A stretch of DNA of 64,000 nucleotides from Geosiphon pyriformis uo1 (GCA_016748015.1 JAAOMT010000348.1:4441-68440); one strand, 5' to 3'; positions 1 through 13,572 are shown, numbered from the stretch's first letter. A program made the numbers and translations. Notes: generated by a model not told the origin, from the letters alone.

Positions 1-1200
1 TTTTTATTATATAAACCAATTTTTTTAAACCAATAATACTTATAACTTTTAAAACGACTTTATTGTTTACACAATTCAAAAAAGTATATTGATTAATACA
101 AAGCCCTAACAATAACCCAAAAACTATATACTTTTTAGTTTAATTTTTTATAATAACATCAATTTTAGATTTAATTTTATTAGGCTTCAAAACCAGTTTT
201 TCATTAACTATTAAATAATCTAATACTATCTTATAAAACAGTTTTTTCAACATATTTCTGATTATGCAGTCTTTATTCAAACAAATATTTTCCATTTTTT
301 TTTTAATTGCTTATTTAATAATAATTGTTTTAACAGTTTTAAACTTATACAATTTGGATTTGTAATAATTTTTTCTAATTTTAGACAAATAATTGAGAAT
401 ATTTATTAACTTAGTTTTATTTTAAATCATAATTTGTATCTTAGAAGTCTTATTCCTATTAACAACTAGCCAAATATAAAACAGAGTATTAGTTTTAGAT
501 ACATCATTAGATTTAAAAAATTTTATTACTTTGGTAATTAACAATTCCAATTTGAAAAACTTTAATAACTGTTTGTTAAAAAAATATTTAATCTTACTAT
601 ACTAATGTTTAAAGAATATTTTGTTAGCTGATTTTACTATTACATTTTTTAAGAGATTTTATATAATATTTAGATTACTTTTTTTACTTGTTTTATTGAA
701 CTTATTTATTATTAAAGAGAGTTTAATTAAAAAAAAATTATGAAAATTATTTTATTTACTACTATTAGCATTTTCAATTTTAAATTTTCAATAATTTTTA
801 TTAATTTGCTTGTGTATATTATTCAAACAAACTTTTAAAAAGCCACTCAGACCAACCAAAACCAAATCAGTTTTGTAATTAATATTAAAGAAGTCAAATA
901 CAAAGTTAATTCTATGTTTAATGATTGCAAATAACAAATTTTTATTTACAAAAATGTAATCTATAACCTTCTTAACACTTTTAAAGTTGTATTAAATAAA
1001 AGTTTTAATCAGTAAATATTTACTAAAAAAATTAACCAAACCCAAATTCACACAAAACTTAAAACTTACAATTTCTTTAAATTTATTTTTATTAAAATCT
1101 CTATTCAGAACTATAAATATATAATAATTCTACTCTTCAACTTACCAAAATAAATTCATTGTTAATATTATTTAATATTACCAAAGATTCAAAATCTGAA
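1..1200 (-). mobile_element. Heavily degraded non-LTR (LINE-like) ORF2 fragment: APE-type endonuclease and following linker
   Basis: Minus-strand translation gives decayed APE motifs LNRDFN (GDFN-like, ~1091-1108) and KVIDYIFV (~945-970), followed by coding-like IIRNMLKNCFYKIVLDYLIVNEKLVLKP (~180-270). Many stops. Confidence 0.55.
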
Positions 1201-1895
1201 ATAATGAAATTTAATAATCTAAATAATCCAAATATTAATATATTTAGTAAATATAGTTTTTAAAGTATATATAAGACTATTTTAATAAGTTTGAGTAAAC
1301 AAAAAAAACCAGCTAAATATATAGTCTCAAAATGTGTACATAAACCATTTTTTTGTAGAACTATGAACACTACCAAATTTTTATGACATTATTTAAAAAC
1401 TTTTTATTAAACAGTATATGTTACAATAGAAAAATATCATAAAAAAAGACAAAATATTCAGAAAAATTACAAGTTAATTGAAGAAATATTTTAACAAATA
1501 AAATTGTTATTTTATTTAATAATTTTTGGCCAATTTAATTAGAAAACTGCTCTAGTTTTTCATAATAATTACTATTGATATTAATAATAAAAAACTTTAT
1601 AACATAATTATTATTTGGCTTATTAACTGCCAACAACTATTTCTTATAGTAAAAAACTTTGAATTAATTGATATATTTTAATATTTGAATTTTACTTTTT
1701 AACTTGTTTGTGCTAATACAATTAAAAATAGAGTTATAGAATTCTATATTTTAAATAGACAAAAATTAAAAGTAAATAGTATTTTTATTATAAAATGTCT
1801 TTTTTTTTTATTCATACTTATAATATAATAGATATATTTAGATATTATCAAGGCCAAAATATTCTTTATATTAAATTTTTGGATATTTTTTAATA

Positions 1896-2532
1896 NNNNN
1901 NNNNNNNNNNNNNNNNNNNNNNNNNNNNNNNNNNNNNNNNNNNNNNNNNNNNNNNNNNNNNNNNNNNNNNNNNNNNNNNNNNNNNNNNNNNNNNNNNNNN
2001 NNNNNNNNNNNNNNNNNNNNNNNNNNNNNNNNNNNNNNNNNNNNNNNNNNNNNNNNNNNNNNNNNNNNNNNNNNNNNNNNNNNNNNNNNNNNNNNNNNNN
2101 NNNNNNNNNNNNNNNNNNNNNNNNNNNNNNNNNNNNNNNNNNNNNNNNNNNNNNNNNNNNNNNNNNNNNNNNNNNNNNNNNNNNNNNNNNNNNNNNNNNN
2201 NNNNNNNNNNNNNNNNNNNNNNNNNNNNNNNNNNNNNNNNNNNNNNNNNNNNNNNNNNNNNNNNNNNNNNNNNNNNNNNNNNNNNNNNNNNNNNNNNNNN
2301 NNNNNNNNNNNNNNNNNNNNNNNNNNNNNNNNNNNNNNNNNNNNNNNNNNNNNNNNNNNNNNNNNNNNNNNNNNNNNNNNNNNNNNNNNNNNNNNNNNNN
2401 NNNNNNNNNNNNNNNNNNNNNNNNNNNNNNNNNNNNNNNNNNNNNNNNNNNNNNNNNNNNNNNNNNNNNNNNNNNNNNNNNNNNNNNNNNNNNNNNNNNN
2501 NNNNNNNNNNNNNNNNNNNNNNNNNNNNNNNN
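1896..2532. other. Assembly gap (N run)
   Basis: Run of n; hides most of the H1 5' LTR. Confidence 1.
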
Positions 2533-2703
2533 AAAAAAAATTTACAAAAGAAATTATTAATTGAATTTCTGTTTATTATTTAAAAAACTTAACCAAAACT
2601 TTTAGATTCCAAAATCTTCAAAAATTACCAATATTTTCAGCTATTAAGCATTAAGTTATAAGTTTATTATTTGTTTGAACATTCCAAATAATTATTTGTA
2701 ATA
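2533..2703 (+). repeat. 3' part of H1 5' LTR (A-type)
   Basis: Matches the LTR end seen at 26231 and 35364 (ccaaataat...tgtaata) and is followed by a decayed PBS tttgatgttc. Confidence 0.75.
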
Positions 2704-2767
2704 TTTGATGTTCTTTGTAAAATATAATTTAACAGAAAACTAGTGTTAACAGCAATTATTCAGAAAA

Positions 2768-4027
2768 GTGGCAGAATCAGAAATAATAGAAACAAATTAC
2801 TTAAAATTTGCAAAAGCTTTATTTTGACACAATTAAACTTACTTTGAACTGATCAGTGATAATTGGCCAACAAAATCAGCTTTTAATTGTTATGTTAACA
2901 AAAAAATTGTATACTACTTAAGAGACCAAAGAAATCTAAAAGCCACTTTTAAGAATTTTTATAATAAATTATTACAAAGCACTACATTTTTATTAAATTA
3001 TCTGTTTGCACTACTAATTACAAAAATAAACAGAAAAATTAAAAAATACATCCAACAAAAATTTTTTATTACTTTTGCAAACAAAAAAAAAGGAAAATTA
3101 GAAATTTCAACAGGAAAATCAAAGAAAATATAATTGTCTACTTGGAAAAAACCAAGAGTTATTTATTTATTAACTTATCATATTACTACACACTTAAAAG
3201 TATTATCTACATAACATTAGCAATTACATTTACAACAGCTCAAAAACATTATTAGCAAGAATACTATTTTAAAATAAACAAAAAAAAAACAAATTATTAG
3301 GAATGTAAAGTAATTACTTTGAAAGATTTAAATCACAATTAACAATACTATTAAGACTTTGATTACTACCATTTTAACCAAATTTTGAATCTATTAGTCT
3401 TTGAAAAAAAACTAAATTAAAAGAAAAAAAAGATAATAATTAGGAAAGTAATTATTAAAATCTAATCTTAGATAACCCAGAAATACAAACTCCAATTGTT
3501 TAAACTCTGTAAAACCTGAACAATCTAAACCCTACTTCTATTTTTTAACAAAACTTATCTTCAGTTGATTATAATCAATTCACCAGTTGCATTAATTGCT
3601 ATACAATAACAACAATTTTAACAATAATCTTAACAACAATCACAACAATAATTATTACTTATACAAATAATATATGTACCAATTGCTAAATTAGAAAAAT
3701 TCACTGGTAAAGAGAACAACACTTAAACATGGCTAAATGATATGAAAAAAACCATTACAACCAATGAATAGAATAATGCCAAAGCATTTTAAGCTATTTT
3801 GTACTTTTTCTAAAATACTGCTAATTTATAATACTAAAATTTGTCAACAAACTTCAAGATTTCAACATGTTCAAAACTGTATTTTTACAGTATTTTAGTA
3901 ATAATAATAGCATAAATTGCTTGTTAATTAGCTTTATTACTATTAAATAAAGTAATATGGAAGCAGTTATTACTTATTTAAAATATTTTTACAGAAATTT
4001 ATGCCAAATTTAAGTAATTAATGCTGG
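2768..4027 (+). pseudogene. gag: H1 gag, N-terminal half
   Basis: PIAKLEKFTGKENN...LQYFSNNNSIN matches the gag of D, A and E; many stops. Confidence 0.8.
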
Positions 4028-4879
4028 TGTTATAGGTGATTATTTGGGGTCTTAGATCAAATAACAAACCCATAACTTGGTGCTCAAAAGCTATTTGCAT
4101 TGTTAATAATAGTTTTAAGTAGTTGATATCTGAAGGTTTTTCCAAATGAGTCCTTTGTATAATGGACAGAGATTCTTTGTTAATAGTATTTGCAGTTTTT
4201 CTGTAAGTTGTTTCCCAATTTCTTTCTCAGCTTGGTGGCCAGATTTATTCTGGCAGTCATGCTCTTCTGGTAAGCTATTCAATAATATATATAATCCTAC
4301 CCTTATTTTTGGGTCTTTTATCAGGCTATCATGATGTCAATAACTCAGTGCTTTTAACCTTTAATCAATTAGTATACAATAATAAAATCAAAGAAAAAAA
4401 TAAAAAAAATAAAGAAATGTAAAAAATTAAGTCAAGGCGAATTGCAAATTAGTATCCTGTCAATAGAGCTATTGTTCCAGTGTAGTTAAGTATTAATTAT
4501 TATCAATATGAAGAGTTGATAGTGGAAGTGAGTTTAAGATAACAAATAGTTATTTATTGTGGTTTGGAAGGTTGTTTAGATCAAATCTAAACTGAGAGGT
4601 TTGTATTTTCAGCTTCTAATACTACTGCTATATATACATAATTGAAATTTCTCAATTCCTCGATTCTTCATAACAGGAGTCTTGGAATTCCTGAAATTTT
4701 GCAATTTCTTTGAGAGGAATCCTGGAATTCTGAAATCCTGCAATTCCTTGTGTAAAAATTCTGTAATTCCTAGAATTCTGCAATTTCTGAGAGAAATTCT
4801 AGAATTTCACAATTACTACGTCTACTTCTGATTGGCTAATAATTATGCTAATATATTTCTTATATTTCTATGAGTAACA
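4028..4879 (-). repeat. Element A 3' LTR (A-type)
   Basis: TGTTA...TAACA termini; near copy of 21361-22223. Confidence 0.95.
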
Positions 4880-4895
4880 TTATTTCTTCCTTTTA
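4880..4895 (-). promoter_or_regulatory. Polypurine tract of element A
   Basis: Minus strand AAAAGGAAGAAATAA immediately before the 3' LTR. Confidence 0.85.
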
Positions 4896-5045
4896 ATATT
4901 GAGCTCCATTGAAATCCAACTCTTTTAATTCTCCTTCTTGAAGTATTTCCTGAATTTTGTTTTCGAGAATTACTTGTGTTATTTGAGTCTGTAATTTTTC
5001 AAATTAAGCATTGGTGATCTTTCCCAATTGATTACTGGTAACCAT
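4893..5045 (-). pseudogene. Element A ORF3, C-terminal part (separated from the N-part by element B)
   Basis: VTSNQLGKIT...ELKELDFNGAQY*; homologous to 57966-58304. Confidence 0.8.
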
Positions 5046-5895
5046 TGTTATGCGATGGTTTTCTTAGTATATTTAATTGCCAATATCCCATTTTAATTGC
5101 AATCAGTCTCTCGTAAGTTCTTTAATTCTATTTGTGTGATAATGTTACTGTTATACTGAAGGCTTTCTCTTTAATGTCGCAATGTAGATTATTTTTCAAT
5201 TTCTGATTGTTGTGTGTATTTATGTACTCCTTCTCAGAAGCTGAGCTGAAATCTATCCACTGTCTGGGGTCTTCTTTGAGGCTATCCTTGCAATTGCCTG
5301 ATGTGTTTCTCTAATCTAAAAACACAGAATATTAATAGTCTTTGGCGCTTTTCCTAATTCTCACAATAAAGCTTTTATCAATTAGTAACAATGTGAATAA
5401 TCTTGATCAGGGATTATTTTTCCAAGGGATTCAGCTAATGAATAATAGTTTTATTCAATAAATAATACAAGTGAGTTTCTTACTACTTTGGAGTTATGAT
5501 AATTCAGTTTTAAATATTCTTTTTTATTTTTTTTTGATTTAAAGGTACAATTTTAAAGTGGAGTTTGTTGGATAAATTGGATCTATTGCTTGATAAGTTA
5601 TGATTTTTATTACTTGATTGACTTTTCTTAATATTAAAGCTACTGTATATATATATGTTTGTAGTTCTACAAGAAAACACATTGTAATACTTTCTTTTTA
5701 ATATTTTAACCTGGTGTTTGCTGTTATCACCAGTTGGTGTTAGCTGCTATTGTGAACTGGTGCTTGCCACTATCACAAGATGGTGTTTACTACTATATTA
5801 ATTATTATCTTTCTAAGATTATTACTGCACTATATTATGATTGAATAGTTTATATTATTTTTATGATTCTTTTGCTAAATTCTTAAACCATAACA
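5046..5895 (-). repeat. Element B 3' LTR
   Basis: TGTTATG...CATAACA termini; near copy of 12242-13091; PPT AAAAGAAGGGGATAA at 5896-5910 on the minus strand. Confidence 0.95.
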
Positions 5896-5908
5896 TTATC
5901 CCCTTCTT

Positions 5909-6391
5909 TTAAGAGTAAGCTCTGTCAAAATCGAAATTAATTTCTTCATTAAATTCTAAGTTACTATAGTGGTTCAATACTGTGTTATTAATTTGTTGTT
6001 GTAATTCTTGAAATTGCGAGTTAGTAAGTTGTTTAATACTGTTGATTGTTATTATGTTCATGGTTGAGTCCAACAATAGTTTGTGACAGTTTTCAAATGC
6101 TTTGAAAATTCTGTAAACTGTTTTTGAATGAAATGTAGTATTGGTTTTTCCAAAGTGGCCTGAATGAATATCTGAGTGCATGTTAAATAAGATAGTTTTT
6201 TTTTCATCCATGGTTATAACTCTTAATGAATTATCTGAATTTTGTCGATTTCGGTAATAAAGTATGTGATTTTGGATGAAATAGTGTTTTGCTAATTTTT
6301 AGAGTTTAATTAGCTTTTTTACTGGCATTTCTTTGTCTATTTGTAGTGTTTCCAAGTATTGACTGAGGTTTTTGTAAAGGTAGTTGTTTAT
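5909..6391 (-). pseudogene. Element B integrase N-terminus fused in frame to ORF3 C-terminus
   Basis: MHSDIHSGHFGK (the two His of HHCC) runs directly into TNTTFHSKTVYRIF...FDRAYS*; no DDE core. Confidence 0.8.
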
Positions 6392-6420
6392 TGTTATTGT
6401 GGTGGGTGGGTTGGTGATTT

Positions 6421-7943
6421 TTATGTATGTCTTATTCTTGACAAACAGTCAACATTAGCATTTTTGGTACCTTTTTTGTATTTGATAATATAATTGTATA
6501 GTGCTAACATTTGTGACCATCTGGCATATTTTCTTTTTAGCACTTTCTTGTTATTTAACCAGACCAGATCTCTATGATCTGTAATAATCTCAAAGGATTG
6601 GTACTGTAAATATGTGTCAAAGTGAACACAACTCCAGACTACTGCTAAGCATTCAAGTTTGTGTGCTGCGTAGTTTTGCTCTGCCATACTGAGACTTCTG
6701 CTGGCATAAGCAATTATATGTTCTCTTCCATTATTATCTTTTTATAACAGAATGGTTCTAAGTCCAGTTCCAAAGACATCTGTGGCCAAAATGAATTTCT
6801 TGTTGAAATTCAGATAGATTATTATTGGTAATTCAATGAGGTTTTGTCTAAGGTACTCAAAAGCTTTTTGTTGTGCTTTAGTCTATTCAAATTTCACATT
6901 TTTGGATAGTAGGTAATTAAGGAGTTTAACAATGTTTGAAAAGTTTTCTACAAAGCAGTAGTAGTAAGATACGAGTTCTAAAAAACTTCTAACTTCTGAA
7001 ACATTTTGAGATACTGGAAAATTTTTTACTTTGTCTATTTTTGATGGATCTGGTTTTATTCTATCTTTTTCAACTATGTATCCTAAAAATGCTAGCTCAT
7101 TTTTCCCAAAAAAACATTTTTCTAGATTTAGTTTAAGTCCAGCATGTCTCAATCTCTTAAAAACTTGTTGCAATATTGGAGATGATCCGTGAATTTTGAC
7201 AAGAAAACATTTGTATCATTCAAGTAGACAACAATAGATTGGCACAGGATTCTGAAATAAATTATATCCATTAGTCTTTGGAATGTCACAGAAATGTTTA
7301 TCAATCCAAATAGCATTACATTGAACTCATAATTGCCATTTTGTGTTGTGAATGCTGTTTTATGCCTGTTCTTTGGGTCCATTTCCACTTGCCAGTACCC
7401 ACTGGTCAAATCAAGTGTAGAAAACCATTTTGCTTCTTCAAAAATGTCAAAGATTTTGTCAATTAACAGTATTGGGTATGAGTCTTTGGTTGTTTTGCTG
7501 TTTAATTTGTGATAGTCGATGCAAAATCTAATTTTTCTGTTCTTTTTCCTTACTAAAACAACTGGTAAGAACCATGAACTCATTAATGGTTGGATTATTC
7601 CTTTTTCCAATATGCTTTGGACTTTTTCTTTGATAAAATTATGCTTCATTAGTAGGACATGGTAAGCACATTGTTTTTCAGGTCTGGTGTCTCCAGTGGG
7701 AATTTGGTATTGAACCAAGTTGGTTCTTCCAAATTCACTATTTTGTGAAAATATATCAAAGTATTTTAAAATTAATGCTTTTAATTGTTGTTGTTGGTTA
7801 GGATCTATTGTTCCAATGTTTAATTTGGCCAATTCTTCTGGCATAAATTGATAGCATTCCAACGGTTGCTGCCAATTTATTGAAGTGAGTTCATAATAGA
7901 GGGTAATTTCTGGGAAATTTAGAATTTTTTGTGGTGTTGACAC
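6421..7943 (-). pseudogene. pol: Element B reverse transcriptase and RNase H
   Basis: RFCIDYHKLN, LDLTSGYWQV, VYLND (decayed YLDD), NYAAHKLECLAVVW, TDH, NANVDCLSR. Confidence 0.95.
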
Positions 7944-8249
7944 GTTTTCTAGTTCTGTTCCAAGGTATCTAATAATGGTATCTTCCAGAATGCAGACGGA
8001 TTCTTCTGTGGTGTTTGTGATAAGAATTTTTATCTATTGAGCTTTATTAGTTGGAATAAAAAGGTTAATAAGTCCTATGAAAAACTGTTGGCAAGTTTCT
8101 GAGTAGGGCTCAAATATTAGGTCTTTTTCTTTAATTGTCTTTTTTATTCTTATTTCTGATTTTCTATATAGTAGGAGTGTGATGGACCACTCAGTTTTAA
8201 TTACTTTGTCTTTTTTCTCTATTGTTTCAGCAAAATTCACTTCAATTCC

Positions 8250-8640
8250 TTTTTCTGTTGATCTAAAATCAAAAGTTCCTTTTGTTGTTTGTAACAATTC
8301 CTCACGATTTTTCACTAACATGAATTTCCCAATTTTTACCAATAGTAAGAAAATTGCTTGTGCAATTTTTTCCTTAGATTCAATGGTATAAGGCTTTTCT
8401 GAATTGTTCTGTAGCAAAACCATCAAATTTCCAGTGTATCTGGAGTCAATTACTTCTCCTTGAACACTTATTCCTTTTTTCACGAGACTTGATTGCAATA
8501 CTATTTGAATTATTATTCCTGGTGGAATTTCAACCACTATTTTCAGGTTGATTTTGGTGATGCTTCTGGGTGGTAATGTTGTGGATTTGTCTTCTGGATA
8601 ATGTAGATCGAATTCAGTGTCAGTTGGATGAGCTCTTTTG
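8250..8640 (-). pseudogene. dut: Element B dUTPase domain
   Basis: AHPTDTEFDL, QSSLVKKGI, VIDSRYTGN, KIAQAI, TKGTFDFRST correspond to dUTPase motifs 1-5. Confidence 0.9.
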
Positions 8641-9689
8641 GGTATTATTCCTAAGTGCCCGTTGTCAAAGTATTAGATGTCAATCACCTGTTTTAGGTCA
8701 GTATAGACTACAAATTTTTCTGACTCAGGACTGTCAGGTGAGTCTTGTTGATTTATTGATTGATTTTGAGACTGCTGATTCTCAATTCCCATTTTTTTTT
8801 CTAAGTCTCTTTCATCTTGACATTTTTCACAGCACTGATTTTGGCATAAGATAAGATAGTTTTTACAGAGGTAAATGTTAATTTGAGTGAGGTATTGTTC
8901 TTGCTCTTGTTAAATGGGGCATAGTTGTTGGTAGTAGTTCTGGAATTCATCTACTGAGTCAAACATATTGTAGTTAGTGATTTCATTGGCTACTTCAGCT
9001 GACTCTTTTCAATGTCGTATTTCTTCGGCAGTTCCTCCTCTTACTTTGGCCTGTACAGTGTTGTACAACTTGTCTTTGTTGTGTGAGTAGTGCTGTAGTC
9101 TTTTTAATGCTCTGTTGAATGCTGCTTTGAACAGCATTCCTTCTCTTATCCAGTTACAGATGAGGATTGTGCATTGGCAAGTTGTGTCACATGTTTTTCC
9201 TCTGCCTAATATGTCGTTTCAGTTACACCCTCTTGGTAATAGTTCTACACAAGTGAAGCATGGTTCCTTATCCCATTTTCCGTGTCTTTCTGAATAACTG
9301 TATTTTTCTTTGTTACAATGATTACAATAGTAGTGGGTAAGATTTCTTGGGTCTTTATCTGGTGTGCTACATGCTATCATAGACAAAAGTTTTTTTTTGC
9401 AAACTGAGCATTCTAGCTTTGGTTTGCATTACTAGTGGTTTTTTTGTAGACTTACCTGGTTCCATTCGGATTTTTTTTTACTGGTTCATATTGGTACAGC
9501 TGGTAGTCCTGTTCTTTAGTCATCAGCCCAAGAGAGTTGATAGGTTTCGATGGCTGGTAGTGCTGGATTTTCCTTAAATTCAAAGGTAAGTCTTTAGTTG
9601 GTGCTGGGTTTTTGGAAGTGGCCACAGATGGCTGAAATTCTGGCCTGGTGGCTATTATAATTGATCAGAAACTCTTGGGTGGTCCAGTT

Positions 9690-10118
9690 TAAGATGGTGT
9701 TGGCTTTTGTTAGCCAGTCATTCCCTACTAATGCTTGATATTGTGTAGTGTCCATTATTAATACTTTTGTAGATATTACTATGCTGTTAATTTTGAAAGG
9801 AAATGAGTTGATTTTGCCATAAAGCAGCTTTGTACTTCCATCAGCTATTATAATTTAGGACATTGCAGCACAATCAACTTTGAAACCCAGTTGGTTTACT
9901 AGTTGAAGCATTACAATGCTTCTAGTGGATTTGTTATCTAAGATAAGTTTGATTGGGGTATTGTTTACAGTGGCTTCTGTATATATAGCAGTGATTGGGT
10001 GTTTTTTGTCCAATGCTGTTCCACTGAACATAGCCTCGTTTTCCTCTAATTCAAAAGGAAAAATAGCTGCAAGGCTGCTATTTTCAGTAGCAATTGCTGG
10101 TAGTATTGTTTGGCTCAA
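9690..10118 (-). pseudogene. Element B retroviral-type aspartic protease
   Basis: VNNTPIKLILDNKSTRSIV (decayed LDSGS) and downstream QALVGNDWL. Confidence 0.85.
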
Positions 10119-10199
10119 TTTGTTGGAGGAATTTTCGGTTCTGTTTATGTTTCTACTATCATTGTTTCTGATGATCAGATTTTCTGGTATATTAAGATA

Positions 10200-12159
10200 A
10201 GTTTGTTGATAATTTTGGTAGTTTAGATTGGTTTGCTAACTGGTTCTAGCGCAGTTTGGATTCTTCTGGACCAATGCATTCTGGTTCTACATGGGCTGAT
10301 TTCAGAGCTTAGAACACTAATTTGGGTTGGCTATTATGGGCTGTTGCTGGTAAGTTCTTTGATTTTGATACATGGTGGGATATTGGTATGGTATTGGCGT
10401 GTACTGGTTTCTGGGCATTTGAGGTGGCATGTAATAATTATTTTTGCATGCTTCCTGCATCATTCACGTTCAACATTGATTAATCAAATGTCTTATGTAT
10501 TTGCAAAAATTACAGGTACACATTTCTGTTTTGAATTCCTGGTGTGACAAGTAATTATTTCGACTGTTGCTGACTTCTTGGCTGCATCTTTGGAGTAGTT
10601 GGTATGTATTTTTTCTTGGATCTAGAATGAAGTAACTTTCTATTTTCTTAGAGAGTTCTTTCTCTAATTGCATTACTCTTTTCTTTAATGTTTCTGTCTT
10701 ATTTTCCTCTATTATCATGTTAATCATTTGACTATGGTTAGCTTCTTTTTCAGCCAATTCAAGGGCTCTGGCGAGTGTAATGGCTTCTGGTAAGGAATTA
10801 GGGTAGGCAGGGTGTACTCTTCCTAAAATGCTGCCTTTTAATTCTCTAATAAACTGATTTAAAACCTAAAGATCAGTGTAGTATTTTTGTTCAATCACTT
10901 CAATTTAATGGCGAATTTGATTGAATTGAGCAAGGTATTAGGTGACAGTTTTACTGGTACCTTGCTTGATAGTATTGAATTTGTTCTGTAGTTGGATTAT
11001 AGCATTTAGGTCACTAAAATACTTCTGAAGTGTATTTTTAAATTCAGTGAAGCTTGTGGGTTTTGTTTCCAGGCTTTGATACCATGAGTCGACTGTGCCT
11101 TTTAGGAAGAAAGATAATGTTTGAATTGCTCTTTGGTTGTTCCAGTTATTTGCCTGGATGGCTTTTTGCACTTCTTTGAGCCATGTGTATATGTCTGTTT
11201 CTTCTTTTTCTCCTGAGAAATCTGTTAGTTTTGCAATGTATGATGTGGCCATTTTGTCGCCATTTTCTGCTAGTGGGCTTATTGGTCTAAGAGAAGGTGA
11301 GATGATATTTCCTTGAATGTTTCTAAAGATGGCTTCTCTTATATCCAGTTCTTCTTCTTGATTACGAGTTTCTTGATTTCTGAACTGGCTGCTTGTTTCA
11401 ATAACCAGTCTTGTGATTGTTTTTTTGCTGGTCTCTTTTTCAGATTTTGATTCAGACTTCTCTTCATGGTTTTCAAACTCCATTCCAAATTTTGGCTGAA
11501 AAAGAGGGTTTTGGAATAGCAATGAATATCCTTCTGTAATTGGTATGTCTCCCCAGTTATATTGTTTAATTTTATCAGTATAATTAGGAGTTCTTGGCAT
11601 TTGTGGAGTTGATGTTGATAATGATGCAGCTCCTAATGGAATCTGTATCTTATTTTCTGGTGAAAAATGGTATAATTTATTTTTTGGTAAAAAATGATAT
11701 GATTTATTTTCTGGTGAATAAATACGTTGTTTTTTTTATTGATTGAGTAACAATTTTCTTTGGTATTTGAGCAAGTGTTCTTAGTTTTTGCTGGTTACTT
11801 TCCTGATTAGTTTCTAAATTTTTTTTGGTTTTGTTGGCATGTTCCCTAGTGTTTCCTGTAGATATTAAAAAATTTTTGTTGGCGTATTGCTCAATTTCTC
11901 GATAAATTTTGACAATAGTTGTGGCTATTACTGCTACTTTTTTTGTAGTGTATTGTGATAATTCTCTATACAATCCAAGTTTTGTGTCATGTGGTTCTTC
12001 TTTCTTTCCTATATAATAATTTATTTTGGCATTGATATAATAAGTGAGAGCAGATTCTACTAGACAACACCCTTCTGATAATCCAAGATTACTTTGATTT
12101 TGTGTGTAAATAGCACAGCAGAATTCAAGAACAGTAAGATTAGGGGTTTTTGTCACCAT
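10200..12159 (-). pseudogene. gag: Element B gag
   Basis: YIAKLTDFSGEKEE...LKGTVDSWYQSL...LQNKFNTIKQG retrotransposon-gag pattern; decayed knuckle CNFCKYIRHLINQC. Confidence 0.85.
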
Positions 12160-12226
12160 TTTTGTCTCTTCCTTTTTAGCAATAAATTATTGCTAATTAT
12201 TATTTCTTTTTTGATTTTCTTTTTTT

Positions 12227-12239
12227 GTAGGGTTCACTA
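12227..12239 (-). promoter_or_regulatory. Primer-binding site of element B
   Basis: TAGTGAACCCTAC (decayed TGG...) 2 nt inside the 5' LTR. Confidence 0.7.
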
Positions 12240-12241
12240 AA

Positions 12242-13091
12242 TGTTATGGAATGGTTTTCTTGGTATATTTAATTGCCGATATCCCATTTTAATTACAATT
12301 AGTCTCTCGTGAGTTCCTCAATTCTATTTGTGTGATAATATTACTGTTATACTGAAGGCTTTTTCTTTAATGTTACAATGTAAGTTATTTCTCAATTCCT
12401 GATTGTTGTGTGTGTTTATGTACTCCTTCTCAGAGGCTAAACTGAAATCTACCCACTGTCTGGGATTTTTTCTAAGGCTATTTTTGCAATTGTCTGAGGT
12501 GTTTCTCTAATCTAGAAACATGGAATGTTAATAGCCTTTGGCATTTTTTCTAATTCTTACAATAAAGCTTTTATCAATTAGTAACAACATGAATAATCTT
12601 GATCAGAGATTATTCTTTCAAGGAATTCAGCTGATGAATGATAGTTTCATTCAATAAATAATACAAGTGAGTTTCTTACTACTTTGGAATTGTGATAATT
12701 CAGTTTTAAATATTTTTTTTCATTTCTTTTTGATTTAAAGGTATAATTTTAAAGTAGAGTTTGTTGGATAAATTGGATCTATTGCTTGATAAGTTATGAT
12801 TTTTATTACTTGATTGACTTTTCTTAATATTAAAGCTACTGTATATATATATGTTTGTAGTTCTACAAGAAAACACATTGTAATACTTTCTTTTTGATAT
12901 TTCAATCTGGTGTTTGCTGCTATCATTAGTTGGTGTTGACTGCTATTGTGAACTGGTGCTTGTTATTATCACAAGATGGTGTTTGCTACTATATTAATCA
13001 TTATCTTTCTAAGATTATTATTGCACTATATTATGATTAAACAGTTTATATTATTTTTATGATTTTTTTGCTAAATTTTTAAACCATAACA
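12242..13091 (-). repeat. Element B 5' LTR
   Basis: Near copy of 5046-5895. Confidence 0.95.
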
Positions 13092-13572
13092 CTATATCCA
13101 TTGCTTTGTTGAGTAAAATTTTTGGTTAATCCTGAAATGCTGTGTGTATTCAGTATATAGCTCGAGCTTGTATGGATAAGTTGTTTTTTCCCACAAAATG
13201 TTTTAGTTGTTGTAGTATTGTTGTGTCAAATAACTGCTTTGTTTTATCCATATATAAGTTCTGAATATTCACATATTGTCCCAAGTAAAAATAACAATAG
13301 TTTCTTGGAAATTGTTGTATTCACCAATTCCAAGTTTCTTTAATCAACTCTTGGTATATTGACTCTTTTGTCAATTCTTTTATTGCCAATTTTATTTTTG
13401 CAATGATTTTGTCGATGGTATTTTCTGGTTTCTTCTGTTTTCTGTGTTGTAATGTCTTTCTAGTATCTTGATATCAAATGGTTTGTTGATTGATTGTAAT
13501 TTCCATTTCTTGGTGTTGGATCAATTAAAAGAGTTGTTGTGCTAGTAAGTGAATATTGTCTGTAATTTCCAT
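13092..13572 (-). pseudogene. Element A ORF3, N-terminal part
   Basis: AAAAATG start at 13572; MEITDNIHLLAQQLF...; homologous to 33869-34498 and 57743-58304. Confidence 0.8.

Larger units (their letters stand above)
5046..13091 (-). mobile_element. Element B: Ty3/Gypsy retrotransposon (B-type LTR) lacking the integrase core, nested in A ORF3
   Basis: LTRs 5046-5895 and 12242-13091; TSD CCAT (5042-5045) / CTAT (13092-13095); PBS and PPT present. Confidence 0.95.

Noticed and set aside
1200-1895. AT-rich stretch before the first gap
   Set aside because: No motif or homology to the rest of the window that I can support.
4146-4334. Recurring short ORF (also 21479-21667)
   Set aside because: Antisense frame inside the two A LTRs; it recurs only because the LTR is duplicated and is not conserved in the D or E LTRs.
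4640-4815. Short repeats with CRISPR-like periodicity
   Set aside because: No unique spacers and no cas genes; part of the LTR U3 array.
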